Shown here piece by piece: positions 16,346 to 30,009 of a DNA stretch of 64,000 bases. Position 1 is the stretch's first letter; the number at the start of each line of letters is the position of its first letter. A model generated the notes under the pieces. That model was not told the origin of the DNA. It did not search any database and was given only the letters and a program-made list of their open reading frames with translations. Made by a program: the position numbers and the translations under genes. The DNA is from the human T2T-CHM13v2.0 reference genome, Homo sapiens: the NCBI RefSeq assembly GCF_009914755.1, contig NC_060937.1; one strand, 5' to 3'.

Positions 16346-18117
16346 TAAATATGAGTGTATAAAATATCAAGCCATAGTCCACCTATGAAACCACCCATTA
16401 ATTTCCTAAGCTGTCATTTTCTGAAGACCCAACTTTTAACTTAAGAGCTAAAATGCTATACGTGTCCTTAAATACATCAATCCAGAATGCAATGATTCAT
16501 TCTGGAGTTCTTCTGTTGGCACCATTTGTTCACTTATGAGTTAGGAGTGGGCAGCAGTTATAAGCAGTGTAAAGAGTCCAAGGATACCAAGCACATCTCA
16601 GATACTCAGTCCAGAAAGATAGCCCACCCCACGGGTCACCACGTGAGAGCCACACTTAGCAACAACTTTTTCCATGGCGAAGACCAACAGTCCTCAAATT
16701 AGGACAGCTTATATACTACTTACTTATGCTATCAAAATTTCTTTCACTTCTGAACAATATTCTTGCCTTCGTAATATTATCTCATGTATAAAAGTAATGT
16801 TCTTTCTGTTTTCATCACAGTACCAATTCTCTCTTCTCTTTTCAGTTTCCTTCTTAGATAATGTCTTACATCCTATCTAGGAATGTTTTATCCTCTCTAA
16901 GAAGCAAAATTCCTCAAGATCTTCTGTCTTCTTAAGCAGGAAAAAATAGGGCATTTATAGTACACATAATTGGTGAGTATTTTATATAAGAAGATAAACA
17001 CTGTACATTAGAATAATTGCCTCAGTGGCCAAATTTCCTGGAAAGCAAAATGAGGCCACTTGGGAAATGCTCCCTAAAGCTTGCAATGAAACACCACTTG
17101 CCCTTTTGTGCCTGGACTTCTGCGGAATTGTTTACCTTTGTCTCTTTCATAGCTACCACCATCCCAAACAGCCCTGGGCATTATAGAGTGAACCACCCTG
17201 ACCTTCTGGAATCTTTGCCATCATACCTTGCACCAGATTACATGTATTCTTCTTAACTGATTGTGAATGATTTTTTACTTAAGCTTTAAATCATTAGCTT
17301 AAATGAAAGGGAAATGTATTTTACAACTGCTAAAGCTTTCAGGGACTATTATAGTTTTCATAAGCCATACTGAAGTTCCCGTGATTTTTACTGTCCTTTC
17401 CCAGTTTGTCCAGCAAACAGACCACAAAATTTCACCTCAATCCTGACAAGAACAGATATCAACTGCAAATATTCTTTAGGCCACCCTTCCTTTTGGAAGA
17501 AAGATAGGCTTTTATTTTTATAATAATGGTATAAAATGTCAATTCTAATGGTATCAAGTGTCAGTTCAGTTAATACACAACATCAAGAAGCATTTTACTC
17601 GACTTTTATGAGAGCTTATTTTCATACATCTATCTTTTTAATTTTCTAACAAATATATGTGCTCAAACGAGGTTCTGGCAGTGCTTAACACCTAGACACC
17701 ACTTCAAGTCTCCAACTTTGGAACAGAAACATTTTCCTAACAAGTGATCTTTCTCTCATCTGTAATTCAGAATTTCCATCCCAGGAGAGGTGTTCTAAAT
17801 TCGTGCTCAGTGTTCCAAAGACACATATGTACTCACTAGGGAGCAAAGCGATCTCAAAGGGGATCCAAAGGCCTTGGAGGTTAGCACTGTGCAGTCTGAA
17901 GCTGAGCCCCATGGCTGCTCCCCAGGACTAGAGCTGCATCTCTAGGCAGCAGGGAGCATGACCAGCTTCCTCAACTCTTCTGCTATGATCTCTGCTATGA
18001 TCTGCCCCAGGATTACAAAATAGACTTCCCATAGATCTGACCTAGGATGGATGCTTACCAATCCTATGTATCATTCAGCACATAAATCCAAAATTTTACA
18101 AGATCAATTTCACCTTA

Positions 18118-18651
18118 TTTAATCCAATAAAGAGCCATAATATAAATGATTCTGTCTGAGGGATTCTTCTCTTCTCTAGTCCTTGAGGCCAAGGACTTTG
18201 TCTCATACACTGTGTCTCTACAGATTGGCACACAGATCATAGGAGTTCAGGAAATATTTGTTCTCTCAAATAAGCATGGCTGCCTGATGCAAGTCCTGGG
18301 AGACTTCCTACCTCCCGAATGTGCCCCATCCCTACTCAGAACACCATCTTTGCTTGTCCAGGCTGTCCAGAAGCCTCTTTGTGTTTTTCTGTACCTGCTT
18401 GGGTATCTACAAAGATTTCCTTTTTCTATGAATTGTCTTGTTGCTCTCCCATTCAAGCTGTTCAGTTGACTTATGCCTTTCATCTCTCTGGCAAAAGATG
18501 AGGATAGAGGATGTTGGACTTGTTCCCTGCAATTCAAGCCAAGGAGAGGATTTAACAATCCCTGAGCAGACTCTTCTCTCTGAAGAAATGTTCTGCATTC
18601 TTCGGCTTTCCAGCTTCCAGAATCTTCTTAATGATCTGGCCATTGGCCAAC
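18118..18651 (-). ncRNA. Candidate terminal exon of a minus-strand spliced transcript
   Basis: Acceptor ttatttttcctttacactttgctgaag|G at 18652/18651. ATTAAA at 18123-18118 (alternative AATAAA at 17516-17511). Motif evidence only. Confidence 0.3.
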
Positions 18652-19660
18652 CTTCAGCAAAGTGTAAAGGAAAAATAATGGTATCTTCTACAAATTCTTC
18701 AGGATATGTGTAGGAGACCTTGGCACAATAAGTAGACACTTAACGTACCTACTATGTGTCAGGATGTTGTCAGAATTTCTTGTCCTGGATAGCATTTTAA
18801 AAAATTGGATTATTTAGAATTTTTAGCTGCCAAGCATTTGACAGAAAAGTCTATTTAAAGTAAAATTGGATTGCCACTGGTGACAAGTTGCCCTCAAGCA
18901 AGACTTGTTTTCTAGAGTAGTTTCATTCAGTTAGAGGCTTTGGCAACAGAAGTGCATTGCTCAGCTGTAGCTCAACATCAGACTTGCTATGGTGATGCTG
19001 CTACAGTGTATCCAGGCTAGAGGAGCCTTGGAGCTATACGCTTGCTGAGAAGCACCAACAGATTCTCCTGATGCAGAAATGTGGGATTTTGATAGCACAG
19101 AGGAACCGCAGGTGACTGAGGCAGGATCTACAAGCACTTTGCTTTTCAACTCCCTGTTCTAATTTCAACACCCAAACCCTTCTTCCCCCACCCCAAAGTT
19201 CAACCTCCCTACCCCAAAGGGCATTGATGAATAGCAATGCAGAAGGATCTCACGCTCACTTATAACTAGGTGGGTTCAGGGAGAGCCCAAGAAATCCCTT
19301 CTTCAAACAGACACTTATGTAATACCGGAACACACAGTGTTTCTCTCCCCATCCACCCTCTTCTGACTTTTTCTAACCTCCCCCATGATTAGAAAAAGAA
19401 TCCAAATTCATCCCTAATATGAAAACCAACCATAGCAGACTCATTCTGAGGAATGGCACAAAGATGACTGTGTTGTTGAATTCTCACTTGGAATGAGAAT
19501 GGGGCTGTTCTGATGTCAGTCTGCTCAACAGGGAGTTCTCCTGAAAGTACAGTAAAGCTCTCAAGTGCTATTTAGACATTGTGTCTTCACATGACTTAGT
19601 CGGGACAGCAGACAAGAGCTGTGGCTCCAACTGCAAGATCTGTTTCTGGAAGCTCCTCAC

Positions 19661-19711
19661 CAAGCAACAGCAGAAAGTAATCAAACAATGGCCCAACAAT
19701 CTCACTGGCAC
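19661..19711 (-). ncRNA. Candidate 51-nt internal exon
   Basis: Strong acceptor ttatttttctcctacag|G and donor TTG|gtgagg in unique sequence. Confidence 0.45.
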
Positions 19712-20225
19712 CTGTAGGAGAAAAATAACCCTGGAGTGAAGCCAGATGCAATTTTTATATTCATATTGTTGTTGTGGAATGTTCCTAGCAAATGAGAAAA
19801 CCAAGTCCCCCCAGAGCCCCGCACTCAAGGGCTGTAGACATAGAACTTGAGGATTAAGCTGCTGACTGTGTTTAAAAGGAAAAGATTACAAAGCGGAATA
19901 AATCAAAAAGCTACAAGAATTCACAAGTCCCAAGTTCAGTAAACCCTGGCTAGAGAAGTGTGACATGAGCTTAAGCTACAGAATAAACACCAAAACCGAA
20001 CAAGCCACTAGAGAGAAATAACAAAGTGAGGAAAACTCCAGAAATCCAAAAGAAAACTAGAACTAGAAGGCTGTCACAAAATATTTGGAAGAATTCTTTT
20101 TTCTGAAAATCTTAAGTATGTGATATTCAAATAAAAGCTCTTATTTATAACTTCCTTTCTAAATATACTAAACTTGTTACTTCTACTATAAAACAAACTA
20201 TTAATCACAATTCAGCTAGCTAGAC

Positions 20226-20437
20226 CAGGGGTTGGAAAACTCCTCCTGAAAAGGGTCAGATAGTAAATATTTTAGGTTTTATGGGCCGTTCTGTCTCTAC
20301 TCAATTCTGCTGTCACAACACGAAAGCAGCCACAGACATATATAAACAAATGGGCATCGCTGAGTTCCAACATAACTTAATTTGCACAGAGATAATGGAC
20401 TGGATTTGGTCTGTAGTTTATAGTTTGTGGACCCTTA
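20226..20437. mobile_element. MER58A hAT-Charlie DNA transposon
   Basis: caggggttggaaaact...agatagtaaatattttagg...tagtttgtggaccctt with TIRs. Confidence 0.88.
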
Positions 20438-20859
20438 AACTAACTAAATAAAATAATACAAACTTGTAAAAATAACACCAAAGAAGTAATATATTAAAAC
20501 TTTCCCAATATTTGGAGCTGTCGAAACACCTTCATCCCTTCTTTAAAAAAGGAAATGTTTTCATGACTTCCACACTTAGATTTTAGAGCTTATCATTCAG
20601 TTCCACAGCAGCCACTTTCTTTGAGCTCCATCTGGCAACAATATGAAATCTTGGTGCGAGGAATACCAGCATCACTGAGAAGCTGCGATGCTGTCCTCTG
20701 CCTGCTAGGGTGGATGATAGGAGATTCTGTTACAGAAAAAAAGGGTAGAATCAAGACTGTCCTTGCTTTCCATCACTCTCAATATTTCCTTTGGAGAATT
20801 TTTGTTTGCCAGCTCCAAACCTCTGGCGCCTGTGAATTTACATGCTGACTGCCAGAGGG

Positions 20860-21750
20860 TACATGCTTCCACCAGGGGACACAGTAAGGGTCCCATTAAA
20901 CTCTCAGCTATATCTACCATATCATCAGGAGGAGGTAGAACTGCTACTACACAATGGGGGCAGGTGTTTGACACACTGGTGACCCACTGGGGTATATCCT
21001 AGTACTTCCTTGCCCAGCATTGATAGTGAACGGACAAGTACAGCAACCATGACCAGAGGCAGGCATGATGGCCAGGAGCTCAGGCCTCTCAGGAATAAAG
21101 GTAAGCCACCTAGACCAGAAGAGGTCCTAGCCAAGGATGAGGGGAATGGGTAGGAGAGCCAAGAGGTGAAGAGTATTGGTGCTGTCAGAATCTCACTGCA
21201 GAAATAGGGGGTTGGGTTCATCTGATTTGCCTCCTCAGTTTTCCCAGGAAAAGAAACCAACAAGAATCATAAAGGAGCCATTCCCAGACAGGATGATAGT
21301 ATATGAAGCAAGCAAGTCTGAGCAGCACAAGAAGTAAGCTTCAGGAGATGCTGTGATGTGTCACCCAGATACCCCCTGCAGAACCAATGTTCAGAGTGTC
21401 AGCTATCTTAAGTGTTGAGAGCTGAGCCACTCCTCAAGAATTGCTATCATTGAAGGGAGTTGCCTCACTAAAGATTAAACCCTCTCTGGGGCAAGTCCAT
21501 ATCTCATGGCTAGTTAATACAGAGGCACAACCCTTGCCTCAATCGAGGGCAACTCTGAATGACCATCCCAACTCTAGAGCTCTCCATGGGATCACCAGAG
21601 GCCTTTGTTGTAACTGCATGGCCTTCAACTCGACACTGTTCAATCCTGCTCTCATCCAGCCCCAAAGGTCATTGTTCCTGACAGCATTTACCAAGAAACT
21701 TCTTGAATAAACATTTCCAGCTCACAGACCTTTTCCTAGAAAACGTACCA
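20860..21750 (+). mobile_element. ERVL remnant: ERV3-16A3-like internal 3' end plus LTR16-like LTR (~21341-21750)
   Basis: ccaccaggggacacagtaagggtcccatta (internal); cccttgcctcaatcgagggcaactctgaatgaccatcccaactctagagctc (LTR16). Confidence 0.7.
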
Positions 21751-22734
21751 TAAATCAGCCAATACGTGTCAGGATTCATCTGGAACTCTGTTTTGACATG
21801 TAATGGGGGATGAAAACAATTTCCAATTCATAGCATTGTTGTAAAGAGTCAACAAGTTAAATTAACAAAACAGCTGTGCAAACTGAAGAGCAACACAAAT
21901 TTAACATGACATTTTTATTATTGTTATTACTTTTGTGTGTCAGATGTAGCAACCAAAGAGAGGTAGTGGTCTTGCCATGCTTGTCTGCAACAAAGGAACT
22001 TTTAAAACAGTGTTAGTGAATACACTATGGCTTAATGTTCAGAACTTGATATCTAGAGGCAGACAAACCTTTATCTCTATCTCGTCCTAGGCATTTACCT
22101 AATAAATTGAAGACACTGGTGATTATATTGAAGACATTAGCGATTATAGATTATGACATAATGCCTTTTATCTGTTGAACACTTTATTTTAGAATGAAAG
22201 CCTACATTTAATTAGCCATGGGTTTTTATCATACATCATTTGTGTGTGAAAGAAATTGGTTAATGTATTTCTAAAACCTGTTCACACACACAGTTTGACT
22301 CTTCTGAATCACTGGACAACTATGTTTTTCCACACCCTATCATTTCGGTGTCCATCCAGAGCATGGGTAATGCAGTGTTTTGTAAGGAAACCTCAAGCTA
22401 CAGGAGCTGACTTCACAGTTATGCAGAGCTGGCCAACGTTTAATTCCAAATTGGAAAATGGTGCTAACAAAATCTAATATACCGTCTCTCTCACCATCCC
22501 CACAACCCATTTGGCTCTTGAGGATTAAAGCCTCACCACTGCCCCCTGGGATTTTCTTCTAAATCTTTGGTACACATTCTGCAGGTTGTCCTGTCACTCT
22601 TGATGTCTCTGCCTGAACAGACATGACTCTAGCTGGCTGAAGCAATTGTAAGACTCCATTTTTCAGATGCAGTGTGATGACATCTGACAAAATATTTTAA
22701 AAAGAGTCTGTCTTAAAAAATCAAACAACAGAAT

Positions 22735-22890
22735 AACCTCTCTAAAGCTCTGTTTCCTTATAAGACAGGATAATAGTACCTACCTCTCATGGATGTTGTG
22801 AGGACTGAATGAGATAGTCCAGAGGGAGTGATTAGCAGTGTCTGGCACAAAGTAAGCATTTAATAAGTGATACTTACTGTTATAATTATT
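22735..22890 (+). mobile_element. MIR SINE
   Basis: Core ataatagtacctacctctcatggatgttgtgaggactgaatgagata...tggcacaaagtaagcatttaataa. Confidence 0.85.
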
Positions 22891-22935
22891 AGTTAACCTT
22901 GGCTGAAAAATGATTTTCTGTAAATACCACGTATT

Positions 22936-23333
22936 GCTTTATCCACGCTCCAGTTTGCTCTTCCCACCTTTATGTGTATATGTGAGGAGCTAATGACAGG
23001 GTGTTCTTTCCTTCAGTTTCTCCTCGGGATTTCATTATAGGTGCTTCCTGTTGCAGTAATTGATAGTTTCATATCCCCAGGTGAGGGATGGGTCACAATT
23101 CTGGGTGGTTCCAACATTTTGATGCATACCACCCTTGTGCCTTGTATCTGAACAAGAACTCAGGTGTAAGGGTTTCAAATGGATTTGAAAGAAATGCAGC
23201 AGGAAAGCTCCCCTTTGGACATTCTAGAGAGACTAAAAGCCCTCCAAGCAGAAAACTAGGGCAGAGGCTTCACGAGTTTAAGGTGTCAGGCGATGTGCCT
23301 ATAATGTGCCCATAATGTGCCCAGGAGTATAGG
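22936..23333 (+). repeat. Local duplication module, copy A (~400 bp)
   Basis: Colinear with 26264-26664 from gctttatccac to cccaggagtata; not a repeat family I recognise. Confidence 0.95.
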
Positions 23334-23856
23334 AGCCATTCCCAGATGGATCAGTAGCTGAAGAATGACCACCCAATGACTGCTTTAATTACTTACCAAC
23401 CTGAACGGGAAGTATGCTTATGAGTTCTTGAAGCCTCCTTTCTCTAATTTGGTTTTCTATTTATCCCTGGTATAAAGCCTCCTCTCTTACCAGGCTTGAA
23501 GTTCTCACTATTATTCTTTCTCTGGGAAACAGTGAAAATAAAGACACTAAGTCTAGAAGAGTAATGCAAAACAAAACAAAAAAGCACATTTTACCTAGGA
23601 CATGAAGGTGCCCATCAGAGCTCTCTCATTGCTAAAATTAAGTTATTAATGAGATTGTACTTTCATGTTTCTCAAATAGTCTAACTAGAGTATTACCTGG
23701 GTGAAATTCAAAATAAGAATATACCTTAATTTTTCTGAGATCTGAATTTAAATGTCTGTATTATTATAAACATGACATTTTTTGTACTAAAGACAGATCC
23801 CCATGGAACATTTGAATCAACATATTCCATGATCCTATTATTGCTTTTAAAAATAT

Positions 23857-24500
<644 letters not shown>

Positions 24501-25451
24501 CATTACCAAACATATCTCTGTTCCAAGGAAGGGGAGTAAAACCTCTGTGCAACTGTTGTTTCAACTCCATGGCTGCTTATTATGACCACTGATGTTTACA
24601 TTATTTATAGAAGCCAGAATATGGTGGGTTTTGTTTTCTTTGATTATATTACTCAGAAACCTTTTGTTTCCTAGATACTTCCTATCCTTCCTTATAAGAA
24701 TTACAAACATGCCAGCAATCATTTTCAAGCACCTTAGTTTCACTAGTTATCAGGGATGCAGATGAGCAAAGATAAATTCAAAGAAACATGCTTAAAGTGA
24801 GGGAATTTTTTTTTACCAGACCTAGAACAAAATATACACAATTCAGATTTCACAGACAGACAGGGTTTTGTAGGTGACCATATGCTAACACTGAATGGAA
24901 CATCAGCTTCATTTGAGATGTGAAGGATTTCACTTGTTATCAGTCCACTGTAGAAGACTTTGTGCCATGGTTATGCATATTAGTTGTGATGACAAAATAA
25001 GAGGCAGATTCTACATAACATGCACAAAAGAGGAACATATGTACACCAATATAAATAGATATATATCAGCTTGTATCCACATCTCACATTTGCTTATTAC
25101 CAAAAACGACATGAGAAATGCAGTCAGAGTTGCTTTCTTTTCCCTTTTCCTTTTACCTATCTACCAATAGAAAAAAGTATCACCCAATTCCTGTCCTAAG
25201 ACCCATCTAATCTCTTCTTATTACCACTTTTTAGGGCTTGTGGAATAAGCACATCTATTTCTACACATAATTAGAAACAAAGAAAGTCAAGATTGGAATG
25301 TGTCAGAAGTGGTTTAATACTTGAGATTTACCAAATTGGAAACTTTAGAGGCTCACTAGAAGTCCCTATCAATGCCCAGTTGATACTGAAAACAATCTCA
25401 CAAGTCACTGACACTGACCGCATGATATCTGCTGTATGCTCTAAGAATTAC

Positions 25452-25572
25452 TTTGCCTGAACAGATTCCACCCGCAATGTAGGGCCTGGCTGGTAGAGCA
25501 GGCTGGAGCTCTAGGAACCAGTTCTGCAAATAGCCTTCTCAAGAAATTGGCCTCACGAAAGATCCAATAGCT
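25452..25572 (-). ncRNA. Candidate first exon (121 nt, no ATG)
   Basis: Begins at a CA initiator 30 nt downstream of TATATAAA; ends at donor AAA|gtaatt. Confidence 0.4.
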
Positions 25573-25624
25573 GAAATCGATCTGTAGGCTTGCCTTTATA
25601 TATCCAGAAAGGGAAAATGAAACT
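25572..25624 (-). promoter_or_regulatory. ISRE/IRF element + TATA box + initiator (candidate interferon-inducible Pol II promoter)
   Basis: Plus strand GAAAggGAAAatGAAAct at 25607-25624 (minus AGTTTCATTTTCCCTTTC, fits AGTTTCNNTTTC). Minus TATATAAA at 25602-25595. TTCA+1 at 25572. Confidence 0.65.
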
Positions 25625-26263
25625 TGAATTTCAGAGCTAGTCTGAAAGAAAAGGAAAAGAAATGTGAACCATGATTTGCTCATAGAAAAGCACATCAGCC
25701 AGGAGGGTGACGGAGGAGAGATCCAGTCCCAAAATGTGGTTGAGAACACAACCCCCTAGCCTGAGAGGCAGAAGGGGCATCATAAGGGCAGAGGCTGCCT
25801 CAGAAGCCACATGGGGACTACCATGCCAGATGGAAAAGGGAAAAACTAAAGCAGAATTTTGCTCAAAGTTGAAATTACTTTCATTAAATAATGCCCATTT
25901 ATTTCACCGGCCCTGACTTAATATAGGCCTGATTCATTCATTTAGACTCAGGAGAAAGAAACAGATCTGAGTAAGGTCACGAAGAGAAAGCCATGACAAA
26001 AAGGGACTGTCTCTAAAGTTAAACAAAAGTGATAAACAATTAAAATTCAACAAAAATGATAGGGAGAATTTAAACCATTTTCTCAGATTTCTTAGGTCAT
26101 AAAGGATATTATGCTGTTCTATGAGTTGTTGCCTTAAGACATATTACTTATGTAACCCCAAATTTAATCATTTCAAGTGCTTCTTTTTAAGACAAGCTTT
26201 ACTTTATCCCCCAGAAGACGTTTAGAAAGCACTTTTCGCCACCCTAGTTATCCTTAAAGAAAA

Positions 26264-26664
26264 GCTTTATCCACACTTCAGTTTGTACTTCCCACCCTCA
26301 TCTGTCTGTGTGAAGAGCTAACAATACAGTGTTCCTTCCCTTCAGTTTCTCCCTGGGGCTTCATTATGGCTGTTTCCTGTTAGTATAGTGGGGTATGCAG
26401 TAATTGATAGTTTCATATTCCCAGGTGAGGAATGGGTCACAATTTTTGGTGGCGCCATCATTTTGACACGCACCACCCTCATGCCCTGTAACTGAACAAG
26501 AGCTCAGGTGTAAGGGTTTTAAATGTATTTGAAAGAAATGCGGCAGGAAAGCTCCCCTGTGGACATTCTAAAGAGATTAAAAGCCATCCAAGCAGAAGAC
26601 CAAGGCAGAGGCTTCACGAGTTTAAGGTGTCAGGTAGAGTGCCTGTACTTCGCCCAGGAGTATA
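26264..26664 (+). repeat. Local duplication module, copy B (~400 bp)
   Basis: Direct copy of 22936-23331 with scattered substitutions and 15 extra bp (agtatagtggggtat). Confidence 0.95.
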
Positions 26665-26970
26665 CCAGATGCTAAAAAAATAATCAAAAGGAGTAAGAGC
26701 AAGCCATCCTGCCCTCTAGAGCTTAGAATGGCATTTCAAATATCATTGGGAGAAACAAGGTAACAGCAAATACCTCTTGGAAAGCATAAGCACTCTTTCT
26801 AAAGAAAATGGCTAACAAGTCCTTAGGGCTCCAGAGGGATGGCGGAGAATATGAATAAGAAAGGTGGGTTGGCCATGACACAATTCAGAGAGGCAGATTC
26901 AAAGGCAACTGGAGAACACAGACTTCCCCCATCAACAAGCACAGCCTCTGCTCAGCCCAGCCAAGCATTG

Positions 26971-27149
26971 CCTGTACTCCCAGGCACAGTATAGGCACTC
27001 CTCCTGACACCTTAAACTCATGAAACCTCTGCTCTGGTCTTCTCTTGGAGGGCTTTTAGTCTCTCTAGAATGTCCACAGGGGAACTTTCCTGCTGCATTT
27101 CTTTCAAATCCATTTGAGAACCTTACACCTGAGCTTTTGTTCAGATACA
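26971..27149 (-). repeat. Local duplication module, copy C (179 bp, inverted)
   Basis: Reverse complement aligns to 23143-23333 and 26487-26663. Confidence 0.95.
27079..27090 (+). promoter_or_regulatory. NF-kB-like site GGGGAACTTTCC (homologues GGGGAGCTTTCC on the minus strand at 23202-23213 and 26546-26557)
   Basis: Close to the kB consensus GGGRNYYYCC; present in all three module copies. Confidence 0.45.
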
Positions 27150-27784
27150 GATCCGGTGTTAGAAAATATTCTGTTTTGTTTTTTTTTTATAGAAGCCAGG
27201 TATGTATGTGTGTGTCCATGTGTGTTGACAATGAATCCAAACAATATTTAATTACTGCACAGGCCAAACAACAACAACAAAAATGTCTGTGGCCTAATCC
27301 AAGCTCTCAGTCACTATCTTATAACCTTAAGAGTTTCATTTTGGGGCATTCCCTAAAACTAAAAAAAAATTACATGCATATAAAATATAAATAAAAAAGG
27401 AAAGAAAAAAAGTATCCACAAATGGTATTATAGTTAGGTATGTCACCGGTTACCCTAGGCCCACAAAGACTTGGGGGTAGATATTAATGTAATGCTTGCC
27501 AGCTGCCATATCAGATACACCTTGAAATCTCGGTGATTTAAATTTCAGAATCTGTATTCAGAAAATCCTCATCATTCTAACTTTTCAGTTATTGGACAAA
27601 GCTGACCATGACTGATTCTCTTTCACTAATTTTCAGATCCCTCCCAAGAAGCAACTTGATCTCTTATGCAAAAGTATTTCCCTATAAAACCCATGCTATC
27701 TATCATTCCTCAAGGAGATTCAAACATGTTTACCTGCCATCAATGGATTAACTTTGCCTCAAATTGGAAATCTGGTTTCAAATG

Positions 27785-28135
27785 GCAGAGGTCTGGCCCA
27801 AGTCTGGTAGCTTGCCACACAGAAAGCCAATCACTGAGACAAGTATCGCCCAGAAAGAGCAGCTTTACTGCAGGTGTCAGCCTAAATCCATCTCTCCTTA
27901 ACAGATTAAAGGTAGGCATTTATATAGCAGGGGAAAAAAACAGGAGAGGCAAGGAAGAGGAGTTGGTCAACAGGCAGCAGGTGCATCTCATTGTCTGGGT
28001 GCAGTGATCTCGAAAGCCTCAGTTCCCTGATGCCGTTCAGGAGGCCCGATGGTAGGTTTCCTGAGAAAAGAACTGAACTACAACAAATATAAGTTTCTCA
28101 AGCTTCAGTTCTATGGGATAATTGAGCTGGCTTCA
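27785..28135 (-). mobile_element. ERV1 solo LTR, MER31/MER66-like, internally deleted
   Basis: gcttgccacacagaaagccaatcactgagacaagtatcgcc...tttatatagcagggg; ends ggcttca. Confidence 0.6.
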
Positions 28136-29336
28136 AATCCTTTATTACACTTAAAATTTTTTCGCATGATTATCAGTAAAAATATATGATGGGAATGATT
28201 TCTAAATGTTGTGGGACACATTTGTTTCATGTGCAAAATGATTTTTAAAACTTAACATTTTTAGTTTTGTTTCAGATCTCTAAGATCTCCAAAGAGCATA
28301 GCAATTTACAAGTATATTTTCTATTAACAAATTATTAGATGACCTAAAGAACTAGTCAGAGCCACACATCATCCAGGACACATATATCAGAAACAGAAAA
28401 GTTCTAATTCAAGGTGAGGAAGTTGAATACGCTCTCTGATATTTGATTCATAATAAGAGAGGCCTATTACGTTCTCACTAGCACTTTAGAAAATGTAAAG
28501 AATGTGCACATGTAAGTATGAACAGGAAGGAATCTTCATGACCACACAACCCTACCTTACCCTAATCACCTCAATTTGTCAGTTGACAAATCTGTGGTTT
28601 TGAGTGACGGCATTATTTACTCAAGTGCACACAGCTGGCAAGAGAAAAAACTCACTCAGGATCCAAGTCTTCTATACATGAATCTAATTCTTTCTCCCTG
28701 CACCATGCTGCTTCTCCAAATTTGTGTAGAATCCTAAGAACAGTCTGAGCACCTTGCCTTCTTTGTTCCACCTCTCCAATAATCAATATTTTGTTCTTTT
28801 TACTCATTAATTTTACTTCAGTAAGATTAATTCTCTTCACTTTCTTTTTCTTTTGACTACTCCACTAGGTATTTTTCAAAACTTAAAAATGGCAAGTCAT
28901 GGAACATAAATGGAAATTCCAAGCACAATACCAGCCTTGACTTCTGGATATGTTTTATGTGTTAGAGCTATTTTCTAAATGACTCTGTTGTCAGCTATGT
29001 GACTAAAGAAGCAGAAAGTTGCTGCTTTCCAACCACTTTAATATTGAAAAATATTTATTACCCACTTAATGAAGGCCGTCTGTTGCACAAGCACTAAGCT
29101 GCATATATTAATCAACTCAAAATAGTCCGTTATGATTTCAATGTATTCTTGCACACATAATGCTTTTATCATGTACAAGATCTAGGTTCTTAGAGAGCTA
29201 AGTAGGAGTCAGGAATTTGAATTTAAAAGTGTATTTGAGACATGGACTGGGCATTAACATTCAAGGTACAATGCAAGAATTAATCTCAATAATTAACCAC
29301 AATGTAATTATCTGAATTTTGAATTTCAAAGATTAA

Positions 29337-29747
<411 letters not shown>

Positions 29748-30009
29748 AAGATTTCTTATCCTGGGCCATGTGTAACATGCAGGTGGCATCTTATGGTCTC
29801 CCCAGCAAGGTGTCAGCTCAGCTGTTTGTGGTCTCATTCCTCAATGAATACTGCATTGACCTAAGGCTGATTTTTCACTACAGCTGGAAACCTTAGCATT
29901 AGAAGCTGTGGGCAATGCATCCTATGCCATTAGCTTTGTGTTGTGGGTTTTCATTCTAACACATAGAGTGATAGCAATTATTTTCCAGAGTTGATAGGAG
30001 GGAACGCAG

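Noticed and set aside
16481-16506. Hairpin tccagaatg-N8-cattctgga
   Set aside because: 9-bp arms are expected by chance; no supporting context.
18552-18651. Minus-strand peptide LANGQIIKKILEAGKPKNAEHFFREKSLLRDC* as a coding last exon
   Set aside because: The candidate upstream 51-nt exon has a stop in the required phase, and I recognise no protein.
23179-23259. Protein-like peptide MDLKEMQQESSPLDILERLKALQAEN in the triplicated module
   Set aside because: Only 26 codons in copy A, copy C is frameshifted near the end, and there is no convincing homologue.
23331-23346. 16-nt exact match aggagccattcccaga to 21273-21288 at the edge of module copy A
   Set aside because: Could be a templated junction, but a single 16-mer is within chance for a window this size.
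27637-27790. Homeobox-like traces (KQLDLL..YF, GLTLPQIG, ATCTGGTTTCAAA = IWFQ) after an acceptor-like tttcag
   Set aside because: Needs at least three frameshifts, helix spacing is wrong, and ctggtttcaaat resembles the adjacent LTR end (ctggcttcaaat at 28127). A frameshift-aware search (FASTY/GeneWise vs PF00046) would be needed to revive it.
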